Positions 18,952-25,922 of a stretch of 37,764 nt of DNA are shown here, piece after piece (positions within the stretch are counted from its first letter, which is position 1; the number at the start of each line of letters is the position of its first letter). The notes below the pieces were generated by a model that was not told the origin of the DNA, did not search any database, and saw nothing but the letters and a program-made list of their open reading frames with translations. Source of the DNA: a virus; IMG/VR virus record IMGVR_UViG_3300045988_156100. One strand, 5' to 3'. The translations under genes were made by a program, and so were the position numbers.

Positions 18952-19416
18952 TTAAAACGGGGGGTCGGCTGGCATGGGCTGGTTAGCCCACGGGCTGCCG
19001 CCGCCGGGCTGACCCGTGACGTTGCCAGGAGCGGGCGCTGGCCCGCGCTGCGCCTGGTACTGGCGGCGCGCGGCGGTCGAGCCCAGGAAGCGCGGGTTGA
19101 GCACCTCGAGGGCTTCGTGGCGCTGCCCATCCCGGCCCGTGAACTCGACCTTTGCGATCACGCCACTGAGGCCAACCTGGTCGCCCTTTCGGCATGTCTC
19201 GGCGATCCACGAGTGACGTTCGCCCCACAGGGCGGCGCGCACCCACACGGGGGCCCCCGCGTCCTCCCACTCGCCCGTGGGCTTACCGTCCGGGCCTCGA
19301 CGCTGCCTGCGCGGCGTCGCGCAGATCCGCAGCTCGGTGACCTGCTGGCCGCCCTGGGTCCACCGCACTTCGGGGTCGGCGCCCAGGTTGCCGCTTATGG
19401 TTGCTTCGATTGCCAT
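18952..19416 (-). CDS. ssb: Single-stranded DNA-binding protein
   Basis: Start taken at MAIEATISGNLGADPEVRW..., preceded by aaaaggaga. It has an OB-fold-like N-terminus, a Gly/Pro/Gln-rich tail and a C-terminal ...ADPPF tip. Confidence 0.85.
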   Translation of the reverse strand: MAIEATISGNLGADPEVRWTQGGQQVTELRICATPRRQRRGPDGKPTGEWEDAGAPVWVRAALWGERHSWIAETCRKGDQVGLSGVIAKVEFTGRDGQRHEALEVLNPRFLGSTAARRQYQAQRGPAPAPGNVTGQPGGGSPWANQPMPADPPF

Positions 19417-19583
19417 GATTGATGTCTCCTTTTCGTTGATTTCACGCCGATTGTCGGGCGTGAGCTTATGATGATGTGCCGCGAGCGCGTTTATTGCCTG
19501 CCCGGTCGATTCGCTGTGCGGCGTTTTCCGGGCCTCCCAGCACCTCGGGTGGGTGTGGGTACCGACGGGGGGCTGTTCGCCTG

Positions 19584-20066
19584 TCAGCGGCCCGCGCTGG
19601 GGGCTTGCCGGGGGGTTGCTGCGTCGAGCATGGCCTTCCACTCGGCGGGCGGGGGCGCTGATGGCAGTTCGCGGGGTTCGCGGGGGGTGCGTTGGATTGC
19701 GTGCCAGGCGCGGGCGTCGGCCTGGGTGGCGTCGCATCCGGCTTTGATGGCGCGGATCTGGGCTCGTTGCCAGGCGATCCAGTCACCGGGGGTGTCTGCG
19801 AGCTCGTCGGGCGGCCCGGGCAGGCCCATGCGCTCAGCGCTTTCGAGCCTGGCCTTGCCGAGGGCGCGCCAGCGGCGGTTGATGTCGGCGGGCATGACCC
19901 AGTTGCGCTCGTCGCGGTAGTGCTCGGTGACGATGCGCAGGGCGTCCTGCAGGGGCAGGTCTTTGTCGAGGGCTTCGGACCAGGCGAGCGCGGCTGCCTG
20001 CGTTGCTTGGCGGTTGTCGTACGCGGCGGCCTTGGCGAGGACTTTTGCGGCTTCTTGGGGGGTCAT
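19584..20066 (-). CDS. Hypothetical protein (replication module)
   Basis: 160-aa ORF whose start overlaps the stop of the initiator gene. Confidence 0.6.
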   Translation of the reverse strand: MTPQEAAKVLAKAAAYDNRQATQAAALAWSEALDKDLPLQDALRIVTEHYRDERNWVMPADINRRWRALGKARLESAERMGLPGPPDELADTPGDWIAWQRAQIRAIKAGCDATQADARAWHAIQRTPREPRELPSAPPPAEWKAMLDAATPRQAPSAGR

Positions 20067-20995
20067 GCTACTGCGCCTCCTTCGATGGCGATCAGGCTGG
20101 GCTGGGTGGGGTCCTGGTGGTTGGGGTCGAGGCTGTCAGCGAGGGCGAGCCAGCCGCTGACGCGGTCGTCGGTGGTGGCACGCTGTACGGGGCCACGCTG
20201 TGGGCCGTGGGCTTGTTCCTGGCAGCGGCGCGCCCAGTTGCGCCACGTGGCCGCCCAGTCGGCGCGGACGGCTCGCTGCCCTGAGAGCGATTGCCAGTAG
20301 TCCCGAAAGCGATCAAGCTCAGCAGCGTTCGCCGCGGCGGGGGCGTTGACCTTGGTCCAGGCAATGAGGGCGTCGTCTGGCACCCAGCCGTCGGGCAAGC
20401 GCGTCCCACGTGACGCTCGGGTTCGCTTCGAGGGCTTCGAGGGCTTCGAGGGCTTCGAGGTTGCCGGGTCCGCGTCAGCGGACACGGTCTGAGACTCAGC
20501 GCTCGCGGTCGGCGCGTCAGCGTTTTCGTGAGGGGGCCTAAAAGGGGTGTCCTTCCCTGTTCCCTGTTCCCTGTTCCCTGTTCCCTGTTCCGGGAGTGAG
20601 GCCTCAGTGAGTGTGCAGTGAGGACTCACTGAGGCCTCAGTGAGTGTGCAGTTTTCGGCGTTATATTGCGGGAAACGCGGTTTTGACGGTCGGTTGATTT
20701 TCTGGTGTTTGTCCCAACTGTTCACCTGCAGGTATTTGCGCCCGTCGGGGCCCTTATATCGGGTGATTAGACCCTGCTGTGAGAGGCGCATGAGGCCTCC
20801 GTGAGTCCTCACTGAGGCCTCACTGAATGTGTCGAGAGGGTACAGGTCACACTGGATGAGTTGGGGCGCGTCGCGGCCCACGCCGTTGTCCTCAACGTAT
20901 GACCACAGGCCGATGAACAGGAGCCTGTCCTCGATGCTCAGGGCTGCGATGTCCTCGCTGCGCCAGAATTCAGGTTTGATGGTTCGGATGCGCAC
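20063..20995 (-). CDS. Replication initiator / replisome-organiser-like protein with an internal repeat array
   Basis: 310 aa. The N-terminal MRIRTIKPEFWRSEDIA...RLLFIGLWSY and the C-terminal FRDYWQSLSG...WRNWARR resemble phage replication-organiser proteins. The central part is encoded by DNA repeats. Confidence 0.6.
   Translation of the reverse strand: MRIRTIKPEFWRSEDIAALSIEDRLLFIGLWSYVEDNGVGRDAPQLIQCDLYPLDTFSEASVRTHGGLMRLSQQGLITRYKGPDGRKYLQVNSWDKHQKINRPSKPRFPQYNAENCTLTEASVSPHCTLTEASLPEQGTGNREQGTGKDTPFRPPHENADAPTASAESQTVSADADPATSKPSKPSKPSKRTRASRGTRLPDGWVPDDALIAWTKVNAPAAANAAELDRFRDYWQSLSGQRAVRADWAATWRNWARRCQEQAHGPQRGPVQRATTDDRVSGWLALADSLDPNHQDPTQPSLIAIEGGAVA
20426..20822. repeat. Origin-like repeat array inside the initiator gene
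   Basis: The array has five parts. cttcgaggg occurs 3.9 times at 20426-20460. ccctgtt occurs 5 times at 20555-20589. The 22-mer tgaggcctcagtgagtgtgcag occurs at 20597 and 20630. A 20-bp perfect palindrome lies at 20625-20644. TGAGGCCTCA boxes recur at 20791 and 20813, flanking a less G+C-rich spacer. Confidence 0.6.
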
Positions 20996-20999
20996 GGCG

Positions 21000-21299
21000 T
21001 TACCTCTTTCCGTTCCATTTCACCCACGATGTCACGCTCACAGAATCGCCGTTTTTGGTGATAAGACCGTGACTGGCGCAAATGTTCACACATGCCAATG
21101 CGCAGGGGATGCCGAGACGGTTGACGGCGACCTCGAGGGGGATGACGCCGTCGGTTTCGGGGTGACCTGCGCACCATGCGAGTGCGCGCACATACCACAG
21201 TTCAGCGTTAGTGCCGATGGAGATAATGGTCGGGTCGTCGTAGTAGGCGGCGGGGAGGGCCGCGAAGCGGCCTGGCCGCTTGAAACCTGTGCGGGGCAT
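21000..21299 (-). CDS. Hypothetical protein
   Basis: 99-aa ORF whose ATG overlaps the upstream TAA by 1 nt. Confidence 0.6.
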   Translation of the reverse strand: MPRTGFKRPGRFAALPAAYYDDPTIISIGTNAELWYVRALAWCAGHPETDGVIPLEVAVNRLGIPCALACVNICASHGLITKNGDSVSVTSWVKWNGKR

Positions 21300-21490
21300 T
21301 AGCTCATCCTTTCGTCCGGCTCAATGCGGATCTCAATCTGTTGGTAGTCGGCGAGCGCGTAGCCGCTGATGTCTGCGATCACCCACCCGTCGGGGATGGT
21401 CTGTAGCGCCTCGATGAGTTCTCCGGGGTCGATCCGGTCGCCGTGCTCTATGCGGATCGTGAGCAGTTCAGTGCGGCGGGCGTTAAGCAT
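21299..21490 (-). CDS. Small paralogue family member F
   Basis: 63 aa. It shares the pattern beta-like xTIxI ... L..xP.G..I ... IxI with five other ORFs. Confidence 0.6.
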   Translation of the reverse strand: MLNARRTELLTIRIEHGDRIDPGELIEALQTIPDGWVIADISGYALADYQQIEIRIEPDERMS

Positions 21491-21686
21491 CTTCGGGGTT
21501 CCGATCCGGCTGCGTGTAGTAGGTGATGTCCACGTGCGTGGTGTATAAGCCTGGGCGCGCGGCGGTGTCGATGGTGAGGATGCGTGCCGTGAGAGGTAGG
21601 CTGGCGAGCTCTTTGGCGAGGCGGTCGGGACTGATGCCGAACGCTGTGTTGAAGCTGATGCGCTTCGTGTCGATCTTCCGGGGCAT
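21483..21686 (-). CDS. Small paralogue family member E
   Basis: 67 aa showing the same pattern (ISFNTAF...LASLPLTARILTI...HVDITYYT). Confidence 0.6.
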   Translation of the reverse strand: MPRKIDTKRISFNTAFGISPDRLAKELASLPLTARILTIDTAARPGLYTTHVDITYYTQPDRNPEDA

Positions 21687-21688
21687 GG

Positions 21689-21931
21689 TTACCTCCTGTA
21701 CCTGTCGAGCGCGGGGTTGGTCATGTACGTGATCGTGAGCGTTCGCATCACTGGCGGGGTCGTGTAGTCCTGTTCCTCCTTTGTGGTGTCGGCGACCGCT
21801 AATTCCGTGATTAGTGCGCCGTTAGGAAGGGTGTCGGTGAGGCCGCGAATGAGGTCGCCTTTTTCGAGCGGGGCCCGCCGATTCCAGGAGAGCTTCACGG
21901 TGTGGGTGGTCTTGGCTTCAAGCTTTCCCAT
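21689..21931 (-). CDS. Small paralogue family member D
   Basis: Start taken at MGKLEAK... The junction AACTGACATGG is identical to the junction one gene upstream. Confidence 0.6.
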   Translation of the reverse strand: MGKLEAKTTHTVKLSWNRRAPLEKGDLIRGLTDTLPNGALITELAVADTTKEEQDYTTPPVMRTLTITYMTNPALDRYRR

Positions 21932-21932
21932 G

Positions 21933-22142
21933 TCAGTTGGACTCCCATGGCATTGAAGTGGTGTAGTAGATTGCGACGCGACGCTTTGGAATCGGCCCGT
22001 CATTTTCGGTGATACGCATTTCGACGATGTCTGAGTAGAAGGGCATTTCGTCGAGCATCCGTTTCACGGTTTCCGGGAGGATCGGCTTGTCGTCGGTGAG
22101 CGTGAACGTCACATACATGGTCGGCTTGCGTTTGCGTTCCAT
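21933..22142 (-). CDS. Small paralogue family member C
   Basis: Start taken at MERKRKPTMYVTFTL... It shows the family pattern. Confidence 0.6.
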   Translation of the reverse strand: MERKRKPTMYVTFTLTDDKPILPETVKRMLDEMPFYSDIVEMRITENDGPIPKRRVAIYYTTSMPWESN

Positions 22143-22143
22143 G

Positions 22144-22344
22144 TCAGTTGCCCTTCTCGGCGGGCTCGCGGTAGATGATGATGAGGCGGCGCGTCCCCGT
22201 GAACGGGCCGTTGAATTCCACGCATGCATCGTCGATGACGGCGCCGGGCTTTAGCTGGGCGAGCATGGCGCTAACGGCGGCGGCTGCGACGCCGTCGGCG
22301 AGGGTGAACATGATCGTGAACTGGCCACGTGTGTAGTGCTTCAT
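22144..22344 (-). CDS. Small paralogue family member B
   Basis: Start taken at MKHYTRGQFTIMFTL... (ATGA overlap with the rusA stop). Confidence 0.6.
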   Translation of the reverse strand: MKHYTRGQFTIMFTLADGVAAAAVSAMLAQLKPGAVIDDACVEFNGPFTGTRRLIIIYREPAEKGN

Positions 22345-22727
22345 TGGGTCTCCTGTTCCTGAATTATGAGGGTCACCGCGTGGATGCCCTTGGGCGGTTT
22401 TAGCGGGTCTCGCGCGAAGGCAACGAGGGGGAGGTGCGTGTGGTCGTCGTCGTCCCATACGCGGGCGTCGACGAGGCCGTCGATGATCGCCTTCACCGTG
22501 GGCGCCGCGTTCGCTGGGTCCGCCCGCGTGGCCGCCGGGTAGCCGATCATGGCTGTGACGATGCTGGGGCCGAGGCGCATGCCTGCCAGGCCGTGGATGC
22601 GGGCCTCGCTGGCTGCGTAGGCTCGGAGCATCCGTGTGCGGCGCATCCGCGTTGACCAGTGGAGCCGCTGGTTAGCGGTGAGCCACAGCGCCTTGTGAAC
22701 GCGGATCGTGAACACGTGGCGGCTCAT
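22341..22727 (-). CDS. rusA: RusA-like Holliday junction resolvase
   Basis: Start taken at MSRHVFTIRV... (ATGA overlap). The segment ...DPANAAPTVKAIIDGLVDARVWDDDDHTH... is typical of the RusA family. Confidence 0.7.
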   Translation of the reverse strand: MSRHVFTIRVHKALWLTANQRLHWSTRMRRTRMLRAYAASEARIHGLAGMRLGPSIVTAMIGYPAATRADPANAAPTVKAIIDGLVDARVWDDDDHTHLPLVAFARDPLKPPKGIHAVTLIIQEQETQ

Positions 22728-23569
22728 GGCTGATATACCCGTGACATGCCGCTCGCTACTGCGTGCGCGGCCTGCAAGGGCACTGTCCCCGTGTAGAGGA
22801 GGTACATGCGCTCCTCTGCAGTGAGTGGGATATCTTGGTGACCCACGTAGCCGATGGGGAGTCCCATCAGCCACTCAACAAACGACCTGGTGATCAGCGT
22901 AGAGGACCCGTTGCAGATCACATACACCGGGTATGGGTAGTCCTCGCCAGTGACGAGCTCCCAGTGCTCGAGGGGCTTCGTATCAGCGTCGCCGTCCCTG
23001 TCTGCGCGCGCCCACCTGTAGGCGTACGAGTCGAGGTACGTGTCGTATGCGTTCGGTGTGGGCCACATGCTGCCTGTCCAGGGAACAGCGTCCAGGTACG
23101 CGGCGTTCACGCCCGGCGCGGGGCAGTCGTTGCGAACAGCGACCACGTACACGCGCGGGCGCCGGTGAGGGGCACCAACGTCGGATGCTCGCGTGGTCTG
23201 CCAGGCGGCCCGGTAACCCATGCGGCGCAGGTACCCACAGATGGGCACAGCGGCGCTGCGTCGGCTCTCGGTTTCGACGATGACGAGCGGCGGCTTGTAG
23301 CCCGCTCCGATCAGCGACGTGCCGGTTATCGTCCAGTCGTCATATCCGTTGATGGTGAGCACGTCCACCATCGGGGGAATCGCGTCGACGACGATGTGCG
23401 CGCCCGCGAGCGGGTGGTGGTAGCGCATCATCGTGAGGGCGGGGCAGTCGGGGGTCTGGCCGGGGTGTGCGTGCCAGGCGAGGGTGGCGCCGCCCAGTGC
23501 GGCTGCCACGCCGATAGGGAGGCCCCCGTAGCCTGGGTTGATCGCGCCGATGGTCAGTTCAGTTGTCAT
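22724..23569 (-). CDS. Degenerate C5-cytosine methyltransferase-like protein (catalytic motifs lost)
   Basis: It retains PGYGGL (motif I-like), MGYRAAWQTTRASDVGAPHRRPRVYVVA (motif VIII), WPTPNA and FVEWLMGLPIGYV. It lacks the PCQ cysteine (INGYDDW in that position), ENV (VIVETES) and GNGV (YTGTVPLQ). Confidence 0.7.
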   Translation of the reverse strand: MTTELTIGAINPGYGGLPIGVAAALGGATLAWHAHPGQTPDCPALTMMRYHHPLAGAHIVVDAIPPMVDVLTINGYDDWTITGTSLIGAGYKPPLVIVETESRRSAAVPICGYLRRMGYRAAWQTTRASDVGAPHRRPRVYVVAVRNDCPAPGVNAAYLDAVPWTGSMWPTPNAYDTYLDSYAYRWARADRDGDADTKPLEHWELVTGEDYPYPVYVICNGSSTLITRSFVEWLMGLPIGYVGHQDIPLTAEERMYLLYTGTVPLQAAHAVASGMSRVYQP

Positions 23570-24290
23570 CTTCGAGGTCCTCCTCGCTGATCCGCTCGCC
23601 TACGTGCGAGTACCAGGCGCAGAAGTCGGTGGCCGTGCGGTTCGAGACGCGCACACGGCCCGGCGTGGCGACGATCATGTCGCCTTCTATGGCCCAGACG
23701 GCGGTGCCGGGCCCGGTGAGGAAGATAAGGCCGTAATCGCTGCAGGCGACCGTCTTGCGGGCGATCTTCGCGATCACGTCCGCGTTATCGCGGGTCAGGC
23801 GTACGGCGCGCACCATGACGCGCTCCTGGTAGGTGCGAACGCCGTCAAGACCGGCTAACGGGTCAAATGTCGTCATGCTGTATCTATCTTCTGTGAGCAG
23901 TGATTCTTGCGCGGGGGGGCGGTCCCACGTCCGGTAGTAGGGGTTGGCGTATTCGGCCAAGCCGCGGGGGTTCGCGATCTCGAGCAGAACGTCCGCGTGG
24001 CACGGCTGACCTGGGGGGCACCAGCATGCGAGGTCGAGGCCCCAGAGGAGGCGCTGCGCTGAGTCCCTGACGTGGCGGCCCTCCCTGGTGTGCGCGATCC
24101 ACTCACGGAAACGCTCGACCGCCTCCTCGGGCGTGGCAACGACCATCGGGTCGCCGGCGTCGAGCTCGCGTCGTGTTCGGGCGACTCGGTAAGGGTTCCC
24201 AAACAGGCTGCCCCTGCCCACGTACTTCGTGTGTGCGGGCATACGCCAGCCGCGTGTCCGCTGGCGTTGTACACGGATCGGCACCCTCAT
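23559..24290 (-). CDS. DUF4326-like domain protein with an extra C-terminal domain
   Basis: N-terminal segment YVGRGSLFGNPY...LACWCPPGQPCHADVL is characteristic of DUF4326. About 105 further residues follow in the same frame, beginning near MTTFDPLAG. Confidence 0.6.
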   Translation of the reverse strand: MRVPIRVQRQRTRGWRMPAHTKYVGRGSLFGNPYRVARTRRELDAGDPMVVATPEEAVERFREWIAHTREGRHVRDSAQRLLWGLDLACWCPPGQPCHADVLLEIANPRGLAEYANPYYRTWDRPPAQESLLTEDRYSMTTFDPLAGLDGVRTYQERVMVRAVRLTRDNADVIAKIARKTVACSDYGLIFLTGPGTAVWAIEGDMIVATPGRVRVSNRTATDFCAWYSHVGERISEEDLEDDN

Positions 24291-25525
24291 GAGCGTTCCT
24301 CCGTCCGCGCCGCTCGGATGAGCGTCCCGACCGCGAGCGCGGCTTGTTGTGGCACGACCCCGTTCCCGAGGAGCCGTAGTTGGTGCTCACGTGGCAGGTC
24401 GAGGTCGGTGACGTGGCCGTCGGGTAGGCCCATGAGCCATTCGACGAACCGTGTTGAGAGCTGGGGTTTTCCGCCTGGGCGGCGTGATGGTGTCGACGGG
24501 GGTGGGGCTGCCCGGCCTGTGATCTGTTCCCATCGGGCGATCACTTTCGCGTATGAGCCGAAGTGGGTGAGGTCGCTGCTGGTTGCGACCTCGTGGAGGT
24601 TCGGCCCGTATCCGGCGGATGACCTGGACGCGTTCACTGCCTGCGGTGTCGGGAGTAGGCCCCCGGTGGGGAGCAGGTCGTTTTCGACGATGATTGCTAG
24701 GTCGGTGACGCGCTCCCTGCCTGGCTTTTTGCGCAGGTGTTCGGACGGGCTGTTTCCCGAGGGCTGTGCGACCGGGGTGGGTAGGAGTTGTACGGCTTGG
24801 GTGAGGCTGTGGCCTGTGCCCTCTGTGTGGCGGCCGGCTTTGTGGTCTGATGCGGTTGGCGTCGGGATCAGAGGGCCGTCACTTGGTCTTGTAGGCTCAC
24901 GCTGTGGCCGCCTGCCCGCCGCTTTTCGGGGTGCTGGGGGCCGCCGCATGTCCCAAGGTTGGCCGTGGGGGTGGCCAATAAGGAAGAGGCGGGCGCGCTG
25001 GTGTGGGGCTCCGGCGTCGGAAGCTCGTACAACTGCCCAGCGACAGTCATACCCGAGGCCGGCCAGGTCTCCTGCCACACGGCCTGCTGCCCTGAGAGCA
25101 GGTCGAGTTGCTTGGTCTCCCAGCATTGTCGGATCGGATTCCAACGGGCTATAGGCTCTTGCACTTAGAGCTCCTTGCACGTTTTCCCACACCACGAGGC
25201 GTGGGCGGATGGTTTCGATTGCGGCGGCCATGGATTCCCAGAGGCCCGAGCGTGTGCCGGTGGCCATGCCTGCGCGTTTGCCTGCGAGGCTGAGGTCTTG
25301 GCATGGGCTGCCGCCGCATATGATGTCGACGGGTTCCACGTCTGCCCAGTCGATCTTGGTGATGTCCCCGAGGTTCTGGGTGGTGGGCCACCTGACGGCA
25401 GCGAGCTTGCAGGGACCGGGTTCAACGTCGCTGGTCCAGGCGACGCGCGCGGCGGGGTCTATGGCCATGGCGACCCCCATGTCGAGGCCGCCGTACCCTG
25501 TGAACAGGCTCCCGATGGTGGTCAT
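24287..25525 (-). CDS. dcm: DNA (cytosine-5)-methyltransferase
   Basis: Motif I is FTGYGGLDMG, motif IV is GGSPCQDLS, motif VI is WENV, motif VIII is GYDCRWAVVRASDAGAPHQRARLF, and motif X is GNGVVPQQA. LLPTP repeats occur in the variable region. Confidence 0.85.
   Translation of the reverse strand: MTTIGSLFTGYGGLDMGVAMAIDPAARVAWTSDVEPGPCKLAAVRWPTTQNLGDITKIDWADVEPVDIICGGSPCQDLSLAGKRAGMATGTRSGLWESMAAAIETIRPRLVVWENVQGALSARAYSPLESDPTMLGDQATRPALRAAGRVAGDLAGLGYDCRWAVVRASDAGAPHQRARLFLIGHPHGQPWDMRRPPAPRKAAGRRPQREPTRPSDGPLIPTPTASDHKAGRHTEGTGHSLTQAVQLLPTPVAQPSGNSPSEHLRKKPGRERVTDLAIIVENDLLPTGGLLPTPQAVNASRSSAGYGPNLHEVATSSDLTHFGSYAKVIARWEQITGRAAPPPSTPSRRPGGKPQLSTRFVEWLMGLPDGHVTDLDLPREHQLRLLGNGVVPQQAALAVGTLIRAARTEERS
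24868..25164 (-). CDS. Nested +1-frame ORF inside dcm (98 codons; status uncertain)
   Basis: AAGGAG at 25176..25171 is followed after 6 nt by GTG at 25164. Codon-position G+C in this stretch favours this frame. The sequence ETWPASGM...SSLLATPTA...GGHSVSLQD resembles a methyltransferase target-recognition region. Confidence 0.3.
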   Translation of the reverse strand: MQEPIARWNPIRQCWETKQLDLLSGQQAVWQETWPASGMTVAGQLYELPTPEPHTSAPASSLLATPTANLGTCGGPQHPEKRRAGGHSVSLQDQVTAL

Positions 25526-25758
25526 TGTTCCGCCAGCTCCTCGACTGAGATACAGACCTCCCCGAGCGCGGCGGTGGTGCTCGTGTAGCCGACAGTAAGT
25601 TTGGCGCTTTCGTTGAAGTATCCGGCTTGCTTGATCTGTATGTTGTCGATCATGGCGCCTTCGGGCAGGCGGAGCATGATCGCGCCGAGGAGCACGGAGG
25701 GGATACCCTTTCGTGGGTCGTAGGTGATGGTGAATACATCGCGGCGTTGCTTACTCAT
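25522..25758 (-). CDS. Small paralogue family member A
   Basis: 78 aa (VFTITYDPRKG...MLRLPEGAMIDNI...KLTVGYTS), with ATGA overlaps at both ends. Confidence 0.6.
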   Translation of the reverse strand: MSKQRRDVFTITYDPRKGIPSVLLGAIMLRLPEGAMIDNIQIKQAGYFNESAKLTVGYTSTTAALGEVCISVEELAEQ

Positions 25759-25922
25759 TGTGCGGTCCTTTCGAGGTCGCTCAAGTGCAGTATGAGCTGG
25801 TCAACATGAGTGGCTGCTTCGTCGATGGCAAGGGTGATACCCAGCTTGTTGGCGATGCCTGCGGCATCCCTGATCTGCTCTCTCGCTTCGAAGAGGCAAG
25901 ACAGTACGTCCTCCACATTCAT
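25755..25922 (-). CDS. Hypothetical 55-aa protein (below the ORF-track cutoff)
   Basis: Hand translation gives MNVEDVLSCLFEAREQIRDAAGIANKLGITLAIDEAATHVDQLILHLSDLERTAQ. It has ATGA overlaps with both neighbours. Confidence 0.55.
   Translation of the reverse strand: MNVEDVLSCLFEAREQIRDAAGIANKLGITLAIDEAATHVDQLILHLSDLERTAQ

Noticed and set aside
20426-20651. A CRISPR-like appearance of short direct repeats.
   Set aside because: The units are 7-22 nt and are contiguous or 33 bp apart. They lie inside an open reading frame, there are no unique spacers of 25-40 nt and there are no cas genes. They fit origin iterons or coding repeats instead.
23559-24290. Splitting the DUF4326 ORF into two genes at the internal ATG near 23877 (MTTFDPLAG...).
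   Set aside because: Both halves are in the same frame with no stop between them, and only a weak SD lies upstream of the internal ATG. I kept it as one ORF and flagged it as a possible fusion.
24072-25154. Long plus-strand ORFs antisense to real genes: 24072-25154 (360 aa), 14509-15798 (429 aa), 6416-7507 (363 aa), 28931-29956 (341 aa), 22763-23590 (275 aa) and 707-1453 (248 aa).
   Set aside because: They are Arg/Pro/Ala/Gly-rich low-complexity translations with no ribosome-binding sites. They lie opposite genes carrying clear motifs (Dcm, TerL, tape measure and others). Such shadow ORFs are expected in G+C-rich DNA.
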